Part shown: positions 39,430 through 52,200 of the stretch, piece by piece
Numbering within the stretch: the first letter of the stretch is position 1
Layout: each line of letters begins with the position of its first letter
Assembly (NCBI GenBank): GCA_043228905.1
Contig: JBHGNT010000015.1
Location: 4,402,001-4,466,000, forward strand
DNA: 64,000 nt
Reading direction: 5' to 3'
Origin: Azolla caroliniana
Taxonomy: Eukaryota > Plantae > Polypodiophyta
Position numbers and translations under genes: made by a program
Notes under the pieces: model-generated
Databases searched by the model: none
The model's input: the letters and a program-made list of their open reading frames with translations, nothing else
Told to the model about the DNA's origin: nothing

Positions 39430-42400
39430 ACTCCCCTCCCCCTCTTTAAAACATTGCACTCTTGCAATGGAAAGTTAGGGAAGTTAGTTCTGAGAGTACT
39501 TTCGTGTTCCCATGTGGCATCTTTTATTGATTTATCCATCCATTTTATTTTAAATTCTCGGATTTCTTTAGTACGTAATTTTTTTGTTTTAATATCGAGA
39601 ATTCTTTCTGGTACATGTGGTTTAGAAGATACATCTTCAGAAGTAACCAGAGTTTCAGTTGTAACTGTATTGTCGCCAGAACCTAGAAGTTCTTTTAGAC
39701 GACTCACATGAAAGACTGGATGAATTCCAACACCATCGGGAAGAACGAGACGATAGGCTGATGACCCAATGCGTTTGAGGACTGTAAATGGTCCACAAAA
39801 CCGTGGGGCTAACTTAGCGCACTTACCCATAGACAATGTCTTAGAATTGTGAGGTACACGTAAAAATACCTTCTGTCCAGGGTTGACTACACGAGGTTGC
39901 CTATGATGATCAGCATAAAAACACGCTCTACCTTGAGCTGTTTTTATATTATCTCGTGCAATATGCAACATATGTTGCATATCCCGAAGAAAGTTTGGCG
40001 TACTTCGCAACTCATCATGATGTATATTAACATCAATCGGGGCTCGTGGCTGAAAACCATACATCAACACAAAAGGACTCTATCCCGTCGATGTATGCTT
40101 GGAGCTGTTATAAGCAAACTCCAAAATTGGGAGATAACGTTCCCATTTTGTTGGTTTTGCACCAACATATGCTCGAAGCATGTCCTCAATAATTTGATTT
40201 ACTCATTCTGTTTGTCCATCGGATTGAGGATGATCCGTGGAGCTCATGCTCAACATAGTTTCTAACTTCTTAAAGACTTGCGTCCAGAAGTCACTAGTAA
40301 ATTTTGGATCTAATAACTCATCAACGAATTGGTAAGCCAATTCAGGAGTTGTTACTGTGGTTTTAGTAGCAATAAATCTGGCCATTTTAGTTAGTCGATC
40401 AACCACAACCCAGATGGCATCATGGCCTTTTTGGGTGCGAGGAAGGCTAACAATAAAATCCATGGATATACTTTCCCACTTATTGTTGGGAATGTCCAAG
40501 GGATGTAAAAGTCCAGCGGCTTTAAGTCGCTCGGCTTTGTTAACCTGACATTGGTGACATTTAGTCACATAGCTATGTATGCCAAGACGCATCTTAGGCC
40601 AATAAAATTGAGTGGAGATGAGAACAAGTGTACGATGTATTCCAGGGTGCATCATGGCATTCAAAAAGAATCCTCTTTTTGACCTCGGGTAAATCTGGAA
40701 CACAAACCTTCCCATTATGGTAGAGCAGACCGTTAGCAATGTGGAAGTATTCCTTCGAGGATGTGGTGGTGTCTGTTCCAGACTCAACTCTTGCCCAGTA
40801 TTTTGCAAAATAATTGTCATCAGGATACTTTTCTCAAAGGTGATCATAAAGATCTGATGATATTTCAGTGAAGCTAAGCGTGTTAACTTCACGGATGCGA
40901 CTTAGTGCATCAGCGACAGTGTTCATGGAACCTTTACGATATCGTATGGAAAAATCGAAGTCCTGGATGAGATCAACCCATCGTGCCTTACGACCTTTCA
41001 GGTCTTGTTGGTCACAAAAATATTTCAAGGACTCGTGGTCCGTAGTTACCACAAAGTGATTTCCATAAAGATAATGGCGCCATGTTTTGAGCGCATGTAT
41101 AACTGCAAATAATTCCTTTTCTTGAACGGTATACTGACATTGAGCAGAATCAAGTTTCTTACTCTCGAATGTTATTGGTTGACCATCTTGATATAAGACA
41201 GCACCTATAGCATAATCGCTTGCACCGGTTTCAACCTCAAAAGGTTTTGAAGGATCAGGTAAAAGAAGTGAAGGAGCCTTGCATACCAGGTCCTTGAGTT
41301 CCTTAAAGACAAGGTCTAGTGTAGCATTCTACACAATAGGTTTTGTAGACTTACACGTTTGACCTTTTAGAAGATCAGTAAACGGCGTCGTCAATTGGGA
41401 GTAATTACGAAGGGATTTTCGCAAAAACCCGACAAAACCAAGGAATGATCGAACTTCTCGAATATTCCAAAGAGTGGGCCAAAGCTTGATTTTCTCAATG
41501 CGAGAAGGATCAATTTCAACTCCTCGTTCGGTTATGAGATGTCCAAGATAAGTAATTGATTTCTTGAAGAACTCACATTTTGAGATCTTCGCATAAAACT
41601 ATTTGTCACGCAATGTTTGTAAAACAAAGCGGACATGTTTAGCATGTTCTTGTAATGTACGGCTATAAACTAAAATATCATCCAAGAAAATAACGACAAA
41701 TTTTCCAAGCTGTTCTCGGAAAATGTCATTCATTTCTTGTTGAAATGTAGTCGGAGCATTGGTCAAACCAAAAGGCATAACCAAAAACTCATAATGGCCA
41801 TAGCGCGTACGAAATGACGTTTTAGGAACATAGTCCTCACTTATATGAATTTGATGGTAGCCAGTACGGAGATCAAGTTTCGTAAAATACCGAGCTCCCT
41901 GGAGACGGTCAATTAGATCGTCAGCCCGGGGCAATGGATACGAATTCTTCATCGTCACTTTATTCAAGCGTCGGTAATTAATACACATACGCCATGTGCC
42001 CTCTTTCTTTTTAACCAAGAGAACTGGTGCTCCCCATGGAGAGCTATAACGTATATAACCCATTCGTAAATAGTCCTTGAGTTGCTTAGCTACCTCATCC
42101 TCTTCAGATCGACTTAAGCGATAAGGAGGTACACTTATTGGTGCAACGCCAGGTACAATATGTATAGAATGGTCTATATTATGTTTAGGAGGCAAACCAT
42201 CTAGTAGTTCACTCGGAAAAACATCACGAAAATCATTTAAGATTTCATCAAGTTGTTGTTCAAAATATGTTAATTGAACCGAGACATTACCGATATTGTA
42301 AACGTGAATGTCCGGATCAAGTACACAATAAAATAGAGTAGAACAAGACAACTCGGATATTGATGAACACGAGGAAACAATCAAGAGGGATTGTTTTTTG

Positions 42401-43794
42401 ACACATTGAATAAAATGAGTACAGTCGTTCAATACAAATGTAATTGAATGATGAACCCAATCAATAGATAAAGAAGAGCTTTTATTATAAAACCAGGGAT
42501 AACCCAGTATTACATCGATGGTACAAAGATTCATTACATGGAAGTCTACTTCCTCTATATAAGTATCAATAGAAATTCCTAATGAATGAATCACCCCGTT
42601 GATGTATTGTACTCTTCCATCAGCCAAGTGCACCGTGTAGGTGTGATCACTTACGGTGGGTTGGATTCCCCATATCTGAACCAAACGATCATTGACAAAG
42701 TTGTGTGAGCTTCCCGAATCAAATAAAAATTGTACGGGAGATCCATTGATATACCCGTTTACACGTAGTAAATCATTGGAACCCAATACATAGTGAGGGA
42801 AAGAACATTGACAATTACTTAAATGATGTGTATAGGCCTGAAGGACATTAGGAATCTGACCTTTATGGTCTGCAGCTTTAGCTTTGTTGTCGTGCTCTTT
42901 CCGTTGGAGCTTTCGACATTGCTCTTTTGTATGACCCTTCTTTTTGCAGAATACGCAAAAAGGATGTTGTCGCTTACAATCGCGATCCATGAATTCATTG
43001 GGTGTCTTGCGTTTCCCAGCAAATTGCGACTGCTTAGTCCCGGACGCTTCGTTGGGTTTGTTGTGGTCCTTCTTCAAAGTGCATTGATAGCGAAGAACTA
43101 TTTCAACGGCCTCTTCGAAGGATTTTGGATCCTTATCGTGCACTATCCAATGATAGTCCGAATTGGGGATGCCATTTACAAAACAAGCTATTAACCAATT
43201 GTCCCCTTCTAGACCCAACTTTTGGATTTGGGTTCTAGCATGGTGGACATAATCTTCTAGGGAGGAAAACTTCCTACTAGAGAGGTTCATTAAAGCTTGT
43301 GCTGCCTCGGTTCGAGAGGGAGGTTGCAGAAATTGGCCCTTGAAAACTGTGACAAAATCTGTCTAGGTATCGGGCAATTTCCCCAAAGTACGGAGCCCAC
43401 GCCACCAGGCGGCGGCCTTACCCCCTAGTTCTCGGCCGACATATGCAATCTTCGTACTATCTGGCGTGGGATAGAGCTCAAAATGAAACTCCCATCGACC
43501 TAGCCACGTGCAGATTGCTTCTTCGGTTCTTTCCTTTTTTTCTCCCGTAAATGGCTTAACGACAAACAATGGTTCACCTTGTCACTCATCAGGTCTATTA
43601 GTCTCACGTTGTAGACTAATGACACGTGCCTCGAGAGCACTTTGAGATTGCCGAAGTTCGGTCATCTGTTGAGCGGTGAAACTAAGGTATTGGGTTATTT
43701 GCGAAAAATACATCTCAATGGACATTTGTCCAGGAGGATTCCCTTGAGTTCCTTCCGCTTGAGCAGATGACATCGGGTCATTATTTTGAGCCAT
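39430..43794 (-). pseudogene. gypsy gag-pol pseudogene with integrase chromodomain
   Basis: [56 protein letters not shown], and chromodomain PERILD...FKIKW...DATWE. Several stops and frameshifts. Confidence 0.9.
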
Positions 43795-45034
43795 TAAATG
43801 ATTATTTCTGGAAAAGAAATAGGATAAGGTCAGAGAGATAGTCATAACATCATGTCGTGATGTAAACATATCATGGGTGAACATTAATCGATATCATGAT
43901 CTCACGTCAATACCCCTCTAGACGTATGAGATGAGGTTCAAGATCAGGTTATTATGGTAACACAAAGGTGTTTTAAAAACCATGGGGGTGAGAAATAAAT
44001 GTCTTTCCCTTATCTCTATATCGATTTTTTCGTGGCGGCTCCCCGAGGCTCAACCATGTATGTTTGCGTCATGAATAGTTTATACACGAAAAAAATGTTA
44101 ACAATAAACTATGTTTCGGTGCCCACATATGTGGTTTCGACTCTTTAAGTCCTATTATGAGGACCCTGAAATGCACTTAGACCTTAAGTCTAAACATGTG
44201 TTATAGTCATATGTATCAATGATGTTGTATGGTCTTGGTCATATTTGAACTCGAGACCTCGAGAACAAATACATTAAACACTTGAGCCACCCAAGTAGAT
44301 TGCTCTTATTTGAATGTTTAATGTTTTATGCGTATAAGAGATATGCAAGGCATTTGCCCATATATGTTTCTTTAAAAGAAACATATATGTCAAGAGTCCT
44401 TATTTCGCCCTCATTTACTACAACTATGTTGGTACGTTACCTAACCTCAAGTCTCGTAATTACGATGGCATACGCCAAAGTGCAACCTAATGGTCAAGCC
44501 AAATGAGCCCTCTTTTCGTAGTAGGCCCACGTGGCCCATCACATGGTCACATCATTATGAATGCCTCTCATAAGAATGATCTCATGGTGGCATCGTATCC
44601 ATGTAATGAGGAAAGGATGTTGGATACATGTGTCATAGGAGCGACCTCACATGAAGTGGGTCAAGCCCTACATACTCAACATCATTATGGCTATTGGCGT
44701 TTCTTTACATAACGAAATATCGAAGTCACCAACGAGGATTTCAACAATAAAAAATTGTTGAAAAAAGGGATGGTGACAACGCTATTCTCACAAAAATGTG
44801 AGGACGGCCACCAAGATCCTTTCCCCGAAAAGGAAAACATTCGTTTTAAAATCACGTCATAACTTATATACACATATGTATATTATCACATATATACGAT
44901 CAACTACGTATACACATGACCACATATGCCTATATTAAAGAAATCGTTATATTTAATAGCCAAAAATGATGTAATCGAGATACGTAATCAAGGCATATAC
45001 CCCTATGCACACGAGACATCCAAAAATAAGGGTT

Positions 45035-45240
45035 AATCGTAATACGCAATTGAGGTATTGACCTCTTACGCATACGAGACCAAACGCATATCATTTACAA
45101 CGAATCGAGGTATTGACCTCATATGCAAACGTAACATATGTTTGTGAGTGTAATACGCAATTGAGGTATTAACCTTGTGCGCATACGACACTCATCACAC
45201 ATTCAATATACATCAAATGAGGTATTGACCTCGTACACAT
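45035..45240. repeat. Degenerate ~56-bp tandem repeat in the chromovirus 5' leader
   Basis: GAGGTATT(G/A)ACCT at about 45052, 45107, 45163 and 45219. Confidence 0.75.
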
Positions 45241-45968
45241 ATGTAAATGTTTTATATAACCTAGTAATTACCACTATAACATCATTGAATCTATAAAAAA
45301 AATTACATATTAACCATACACATGATTAGATGGGAGAAGAAAAAATAGACAAAAAAAACAAGAAAGATTACCGAAGTTCCTTTATTGATCCTTGTCTGCA
45401 TGAAGGCTGAACGCACATAGATCGATCGCCCTCAATCAAGAACACAAAACACAACAAAAGAAACATTAGAAAATGAGCTCTGATACCAACTATTAGAGAC
45501 ATAGACTAATGTAAGCATGAGATGAGGATAGAAAATAGATAAATAGATAGAAAGGAGCGAGAGAAAGAAGGGTGCCGATCCACCCGACCACCCCCGAGCG
45601 AAGGGATCGAGATGGACTCGAGCCTCGATCGGCGTCCCATACCACCGTCGTGGCGTCAAGTCGTACCTAGTGCTGGCGCGCTCGCTACAAGAGTTGACCC
45701 ACCACAAGACAGAGTCTCGACGTAGTCAACAAGATGATGAAATGAGGGTAGCTAGGCCTCTTATTTATAGCGATACCCAAGGCCCCCAGCCAAGTTCACA
45801 CTTGGCCTAATGGGTTGTCTCAATCCCGAGGATTAAAAGTAATCCTCCCCTTCTTTACACTCTCGTTTAACCCTCACACTTATCCACGTGTATAGAATAC
45901 TACGGTAAATTCTCACCACGGGATATTATATGGCCATGCTCGTAACACCTTCCCTCATTTAGAGTGAC

Positions 45969-46285
45969 CATTGGTGATGATGTTATCACGTCAACTCCAA
46001 AGAAAATCGACAATGCTACATGACATCATTAGAGCAGAGTTCACTTTACCCCCGAAACTTGTAGTTTTTATTAATAGGATATGACATAGCCAATCTTTCG
46101 TGTAGGGCTACCATCTTCCATGTAAGCGCAATTAGAGAGATCATTGGTGATGATGTTACCACGTCAACTCTGAAGAAAATTGACAATGCTACATGACATC
46201 ATTAGAGCAAAGTTCACTTTACCCCCGATGTTAGTAGAAGCACTTTATCGACTTGTAGTTTTTATTAATAGGATATATAGCCAAT
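45969..46285. repeat. Two-copy tandem duplication, period about 173 bp
   Basis: CATTGGTGATGATGTTA...TTCACTTTACCCCCGA at 45969 and 46142. Confidence 0.85.
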
Positions 46286-46469
46286 CACAATGATTCCAAT
46301 ACATGATGATACAATATATTTATAGTGCTTTGTAACAAGCATGTACCATCCTCTAACCACCAATCTACCCAAGGAGCATCATTTGCTTTGATGGGCAAAG
46401 ATCCATGCAAAAATGGTATAGCTTGTAATCTGTCACAAATAAATCCATAACGTGGGGGATATACATAGC

Positions 46470-47190
46470 CATTGTTGAGCATCTTCAAATTCCAACAAAC
46501 ACACTCTCTCTCACTCCAAAAGACGCATAAAAGCAAAATTTTGTATTCCAATTGGATGCAAGATATAGAAAAAATGGTTTGGTAGATGGGATGCGAGACA
46601 CTTGCTTCACGATGCTATTCCTCCATAAATGAGGCCTTTTTACAACGCCAATGTATCATGACATGGGACAAATGTGGAGGCTCACGCTTCATATGTTATA
46701 CTACATATGTTGCACCTAACTACAAAACCATATTCTTTGCGGAACGGGGAAATCGTACACATCGATACATGTTAGCGCCCATCTCGTTATCTGTCATTCG
46801 AACCATTGCTTCCATGCAACTTAGCTCACATGCATTGCGATGTGAGACAAGACGATGGGGCACAAGTGATGAGAGTGGTCGGCTATGCACACTTTGCCCT
46901 AAACAAGTTCACGAGTCTGAGTATCACACTTTGATACAATGCTCTGCCTTTGATCATATTCGACCATGCTTTCCACATCTCTTTGACCGAGCCCAATCTT
47001 GCACGAATTTCTCACACAACCACAATGTGCACTGTCGATTGCAACATTCATTGGTAAAGTTCTTGAACATCGAGAGTCACCACTCACTTTCACACGTATC
47101 ACGTGAAATGTAATATTTTTGGTCTCATAGGTCTTATTTGACCTCCGAAGACGATAATATAATCTATCTATCTATCTATCTATCTATCTC
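46470..47190 (+). mobile_element. 5'-truncated LINE relic with (TCTA)n tail
   Basis: QLSSHALRCETRRW...CTLCPKQVHESEYHTLIQC, then a short 3' UTR and a (TCTA)n tail at about 47163-47188. Confidence 0.72.
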
Positions 47191-47257
47191 AATGGCAGAG
47201 CTGCCTAATACAAAAACACCTTCTCATCAAACCTTTGTAATTGACTACAATGGTTTG

Positions 47258-47366
47258 TCTTCATCTTCATCTTCATCTTCATCTTCATCTTCATCTTCAT
47301 CTTCATCTTCATCATCATCTTCTTCTTCTTCTTCTTCTTCTTCTTCTTCTTCTTCCTTCTCTTCTT
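47258..47366. repeat. (TCTTCA)n/(TCT)n microsatellite
   Basis: Seen directly in the sequence. Confidence 0.95.
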
Positions 47367-48649
47367 CACTTATCATACCTAAGGAGAACGCATATTTTTC
47401 TTCCATAGAGCTCAACTTAGGCTTATGCTCAAGATTAACCCAAATGATGTCTTTGAGAACCCTTCGTTAGTCTCTTGTAAATATCCAATTATTAAGAATG
47501 GTAGTCATAGGGCACATTCTGTTGAGCGGCAAGCTCAACCGGAGCCGGATCGGTTGAATAAGCCGGAGCCGGTAAGTGAGACAGATCGGGCGAAACGGAT
47601 CGGTATGACGGTGAGCAACCGAACCGGCAAGCAATGGAGGCCGGGTGCAATCCGCAACCGGCAGTCCAATCGGAAGCCTAGAATAGGATAGTCTACTAGG
47701 TATCTATAGTCTCGTAGTAAGTGTCAGATGCTCGTGTGAGCATTGAAGTACATGGTACTTCTGTCAGTCCCAAGAGGACTTATGTAAATAGTGCTACTAA
47801 GCACAGTCTGTATAGACAGAGTCTTGATATAATTTTTTGAAAGTGTGTTCTGCTCTCTCTATCTTTCTCGCTCTCTCTTGCTCTCTCTCTCTGTGTTGTT
47901 CTCTGTTTTACGCTTCCACAATCACCTACGTTTACATGGTATCAGAGCGCAAGGGTTGAGAACCTCTACTGCAGACATTTAACTCTAGAGAAGAAAACCC
48001 TAACAGGTCGAAAACAGACACAGTAGAAGACATGGATAGAGGCATGGCTACGTCGCTCCCGGTGGAGAAGCTCGACAGGAGCAACTACGCATCTTGGTCT
48101 TACAAGATGCACCAGTACCTGCTTGGACACGGGTACTGGAGTTATGTCGAAGGAGCGAATGATGCGGCACCCGACTCGGCACACAAGGACTTCCCGGTAT
48201 GGGAACAGGCGGCAAGCAGGGTGATGTACTGCTTCGCGTCCAGTGTCGGCGATCAGCTGCTCAGCCACATCCGTGACGCCAAGACACCGAAGGATGCTTG
48301 GGGGAACCTGAAAAAGGTTTTCGCCGCAAGCACCACTGCCCAGAAGCTACAACTCAAACAGGAGTTGAGCAATGTTCGACAGAAGAACATGTCCGTGGCA
48401 GACTACACGGGCCGGATAAAGGAGATCTACGACTCGCTCGCCTCTATCAATGTTACCGTAGAGGAAGACGAGATGGTGCAGGTATGTCTCGGAGTCCTGG
48501 CGTCCAAGTTCGGAGCGTTCCGGACTGCGGTGTGTACAAGGGAGAATACCCCCTCATTCTTCGACTTACAGTCGATGCTCCTTGTAGAGGAGTGTTGGGA
48601 TTTCGGTCCCTCCGGATGGGATGTCCGGAGATGAATGACGGCAAGCCCG

Positions 48650-48760
48650 GTTGCGGTTACGGAGCCGGATGATGAAGACCCCGGTTACGGAACCGGATGA
48701 TGAAGACCCCGGTTACGGAGCCGGATGATGAAGACCCCGGTTACGGAACCGGATGATGAA
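48650..48760 (+). repeat. 28-bp tandem repeat in family B U3 (also at about 53417-53527)
   Basis: CCGGATGATGAA at 48665, 48693, 48721 and 48749. Confidence 0.9.
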
Positions 48761-48928
48761 TGTACCCGGAGAGAGATCCGGATGCGGAGACATATTTGTG
48801 AATATGTTTGCCAAGAGCCCTTGAGGCTATATTTGTAAATAGCCCGAAAGTCATATGTGTATAAATATGACTTAGGGCAAACAGTTTTATGTTGTTGCTG
48901 CTATTTTTCATGCTGGAGGAGAGCAGCC

Positions 48929-48960
<32 letters not shown>

Positions 48961-49275
48961 CGAAGAGGTCGTTGCCTCTGTGTATTGCCGCCGCCTGTGG
49001 CGAAGACAGTGAGCTCAAGGTTGTTGCCTTGAAGCTTCACCATTGTACATTCCTGTTCATAGTGATAGTTGGAGTTCGTAGACTCCCGTGGTTTTTCCCA
49101 TTTAGGGTTTTCCACGTAAAATATCCTGTGTACTCCTCTCTATAGTCTTCGTGTGTTTTGTATTTCCCATTTTCTGCTACATTGATCCGCGATTAATAGG
49201 TTGTGGCCAAGCGGTGAAGGTGAATCCAAGCGGGGATTCACAACAAGTGGTATCAGAGCGACGGTAACACAGAAA

Positions 49276-52200
49276 ATGGAAGGCGGCGGTAGTGGGCCTC
49301 CGGGCATGATGGTGCTGAACGCGCAGAACTACGCCGACTGGAAGATAAAGATGGAGGATCTGCTCATTGTTCGGGACCTGTATGAACCGATCGACAGGTC
49401 GGAAATACCCAAGGGGGTACTTGAGACGGAGTGGAGGCTTCTGAACCGGAAAGCCGTTGCAACCATTCGGCAATACGTCGACGTGAGCGTTCTACAACAC
49501 GTGGCGAACGACACCAACGCATATGAGATGTGGCGGAAGCTGTCGGGCCTCTATGAGAGGAAGAATGCGTTGAACCGGACCTCCCTGATGAGGAAGATAG
49601 TGAACCTCAAGTACCGGGACGGCGAGAGTATGGTGGAACACGTAAGCACGTTCATGGGATTCGTGAACCAGCTTGCGGCGATCAAGTTCCCGTTGGAGGA
49701 TGCAATGCAAGCCATCATTCTGATGTGTACATTGCCGGATAGCTGGGAGAACTTGGTGGTGACTCTCAGCACCTCCTGCACGGAAGATAACTTGTCCCTG
49801 CAAACGGTAAAGACAAGTATTTTGAACGAAGAAGCGCGTCGGAGAGATAAGGAACCGGCCTCCGACTCAAAGGCACTGCTTACCGAATCGGAACGGGGAA
49901 GACAATGGAACCGGAGTCCGCAAAGACGGGAGAAGTCGGGGACCCGGTCGCAGTCAAGAGGAAGACCCACATGCTTCCACTGTGGGAAGCCGGGGCACTT
50001 CCGGAAGAATTGTCGGCATTACCGAAAGGACAACGGAGCCGACGACACCGATTCGAAGAAGTCACCGGAGAGAAACGGTGCATACCGGGGAGCCACGGAC
50101 CGGAGAGGTCCGGATCGGCGAGGGCAGGACCGGAAAGGAATGACGGCACTCGCGGCAAGTGAAGAAGAGATAATGCTTATTACCGAAGAGAGGGAGCTGA
50201 ACCTTGCCGGTGTAGAGATGACCTGGGTGGTCGATTCTGGAGCGTCGTTCCACCTGACCCCGGAGAAGAAATACTTCTCATCCTACACAGCCGGTGAGCA
50301 CGGCTGTGTCCGGATGGGAAATGAAGGTACGTGCCGGATAGCCGGCATAGGAGACGTGTGGCTGATGACATCAACCGGATGCAAGATGCTGCTGAAGAAT
50401 GTCCGACACGTTCCGGAGGTTCGACTGAACTTGATTTCGGCCGGGAGGCTAGATGATGAAGGCTACACGGGTAGCATCCGGAACGGTGTCATGAAGTTCA
50501 GCAAGGGGAGCTTGATAGTGGCTCGGGCCCGGAAGGTCAACACACTGTACCTGATGAATTCCCGGCTCTGTCCGGAGGAGCTGAACGTGGCAGCCGACAC
50601 TGCCGGTGAGCTGTGGCACAAGAGACTGTGCCACATGAGTGAGAAGGGGATGAAGAGGCTTGCAGAAGACAACCTTATTCCAGTGAAGCATGTGCACCTG
50701 GAGAAGTGCACCAATTGCCTGGCCGGTAAGCAGAACCGAACCTCCTTCCACTCAAGGCCACCGACGAGACGTAGCGCACCATTGGAGTTGGTGCACACGG
50801 ATGTGTGTCAAGTAGAAACGAAGTCACATGGCGGAGCCCAGTACTTCGTGACATTCATTGATGACCACAGCCGGAAGCTGTGGTCGGCACCATTGAAGAC
50901 AAAGGACCAAGTATTGTCTGTCTTCAAAGAACTCCACGCGAGAGTGGAAAGGGAATCCGGCAAGAAGCTGAAGGCGATACGAGCGGATAACGGAGGGGAA
51001 TACCGGGGGCAGTTCCAGGAGTACTGTCGCTCGAAGGGAATCCGGCTCGAGTTTACTGTGCCGAAGACGCCGGAACTGAACGGGCTGGCCGAGAGGATGA
51101 ACCGGACCATAATGGAGAGGGTCCGGAGTATGCTGGCGCATGCGAAATTGCCCAAGGGGTTTTGGGCTGAGGCAATGTCGACGGCGACGTACGTGATAAA
51201 CAGATCACCCTCAGTACCTTTGGACGGAGACACGCCGCAGAAAGTGTGGACCGGTAAGGAAGTGTCCTACCGGCACCTGAAGGTGTTCGGGTGTCTCGCA
51301 TACGTGCATGTGGCAAAGGACCGGAGAGGAAAGCTAGATCCAAAGACCCGGCCATGCATATTCCTCGGTTACGGCGACGACGAGTTCGGCTACCGAGTAT
51401 GGGACCCGGTCAACAAGAAGATATTCAGGAGTCGAGACATCATCTTCATGGAGGACAAGACACTCGCCGACTGGGAGTCGGAGAAGGAGATGAAGAGCTC
51501 CAAGTCGACCGGTGAGGATAAACTCTACGAGGAGCAGTCCCGACCGGCAAGGGACCGGTTAGCACTCGAGGATCCGGCCGAAGACGGTGAAGAAACAGAA
51601 CCGGCCGAAGAAGATGAAAATGATACCGGAACCGGCCCCGATCCCGAAATGGATTCGGATGAAGAAGAATCGGAAGAACCGGTTACCGAAGCTCCGGAAC
51701 GGAGATATCCTCTAAGAGAGAGAAGGGCCCCCCGGAGATTTCCGGAACCAGAGCACGTGCTGCTAACCGACGAGGGGGAGCCGGAGAGCTTTGAAGAAGC
51801 AAAATATGACACCCAGAGCCGCAGGTGGTTGAGTGCCATGCAGGACGAGATGGACTCCCTGCATGAGAACCACACATATGAACTTGTGGAGTTGCCGAAA
51901 GGAAAACGGGCACTCCGTAACAAGTGGGTGTTCAAGCTGAAACCGGGAGATGCCGGAAACCCCCCGAGATACAAAGCCAGGATCGTGGTGAAGGGGTTCC
52001 AGCAGAAGAAGGGCGTCGACTTCGACGAGATATTTGCCCCGGTAGTGAAGATGACCTCCATCCGGACGGTGCTGAGCATAGCAGCAAGCATGGACCTCGA
52101 GGTAGAACAGATGGACGTGAAGACGGCATTCCTTCACGGTGACCTCGAAGAAGAGATCTACATGCAGCAACCGGAAGGATTCGAGAAGAAAGGGAAGGAG

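Larger units (their letters stand above)
38972..45947 (-). mobile_element. Full-length degenerate chromoviral Ty3/gypsy element
   Basis: 457-bp LTRs 45491-45947 and 38972-39428. PBS-iMet 45477-45488. PPT about 39431-39445. Perfect TSD CCTTC. Confidence 0.93.

Noticed and set aside
47138-47470. Poly-serine ORF
   Set aside because: It is the translation of a microsatellite.
49201-49275. N-terminal extension of the 1382-aa ORF
   Set aside because: It starts at a TTG within the LTR and PBS. The plausible start is ATG 49276.
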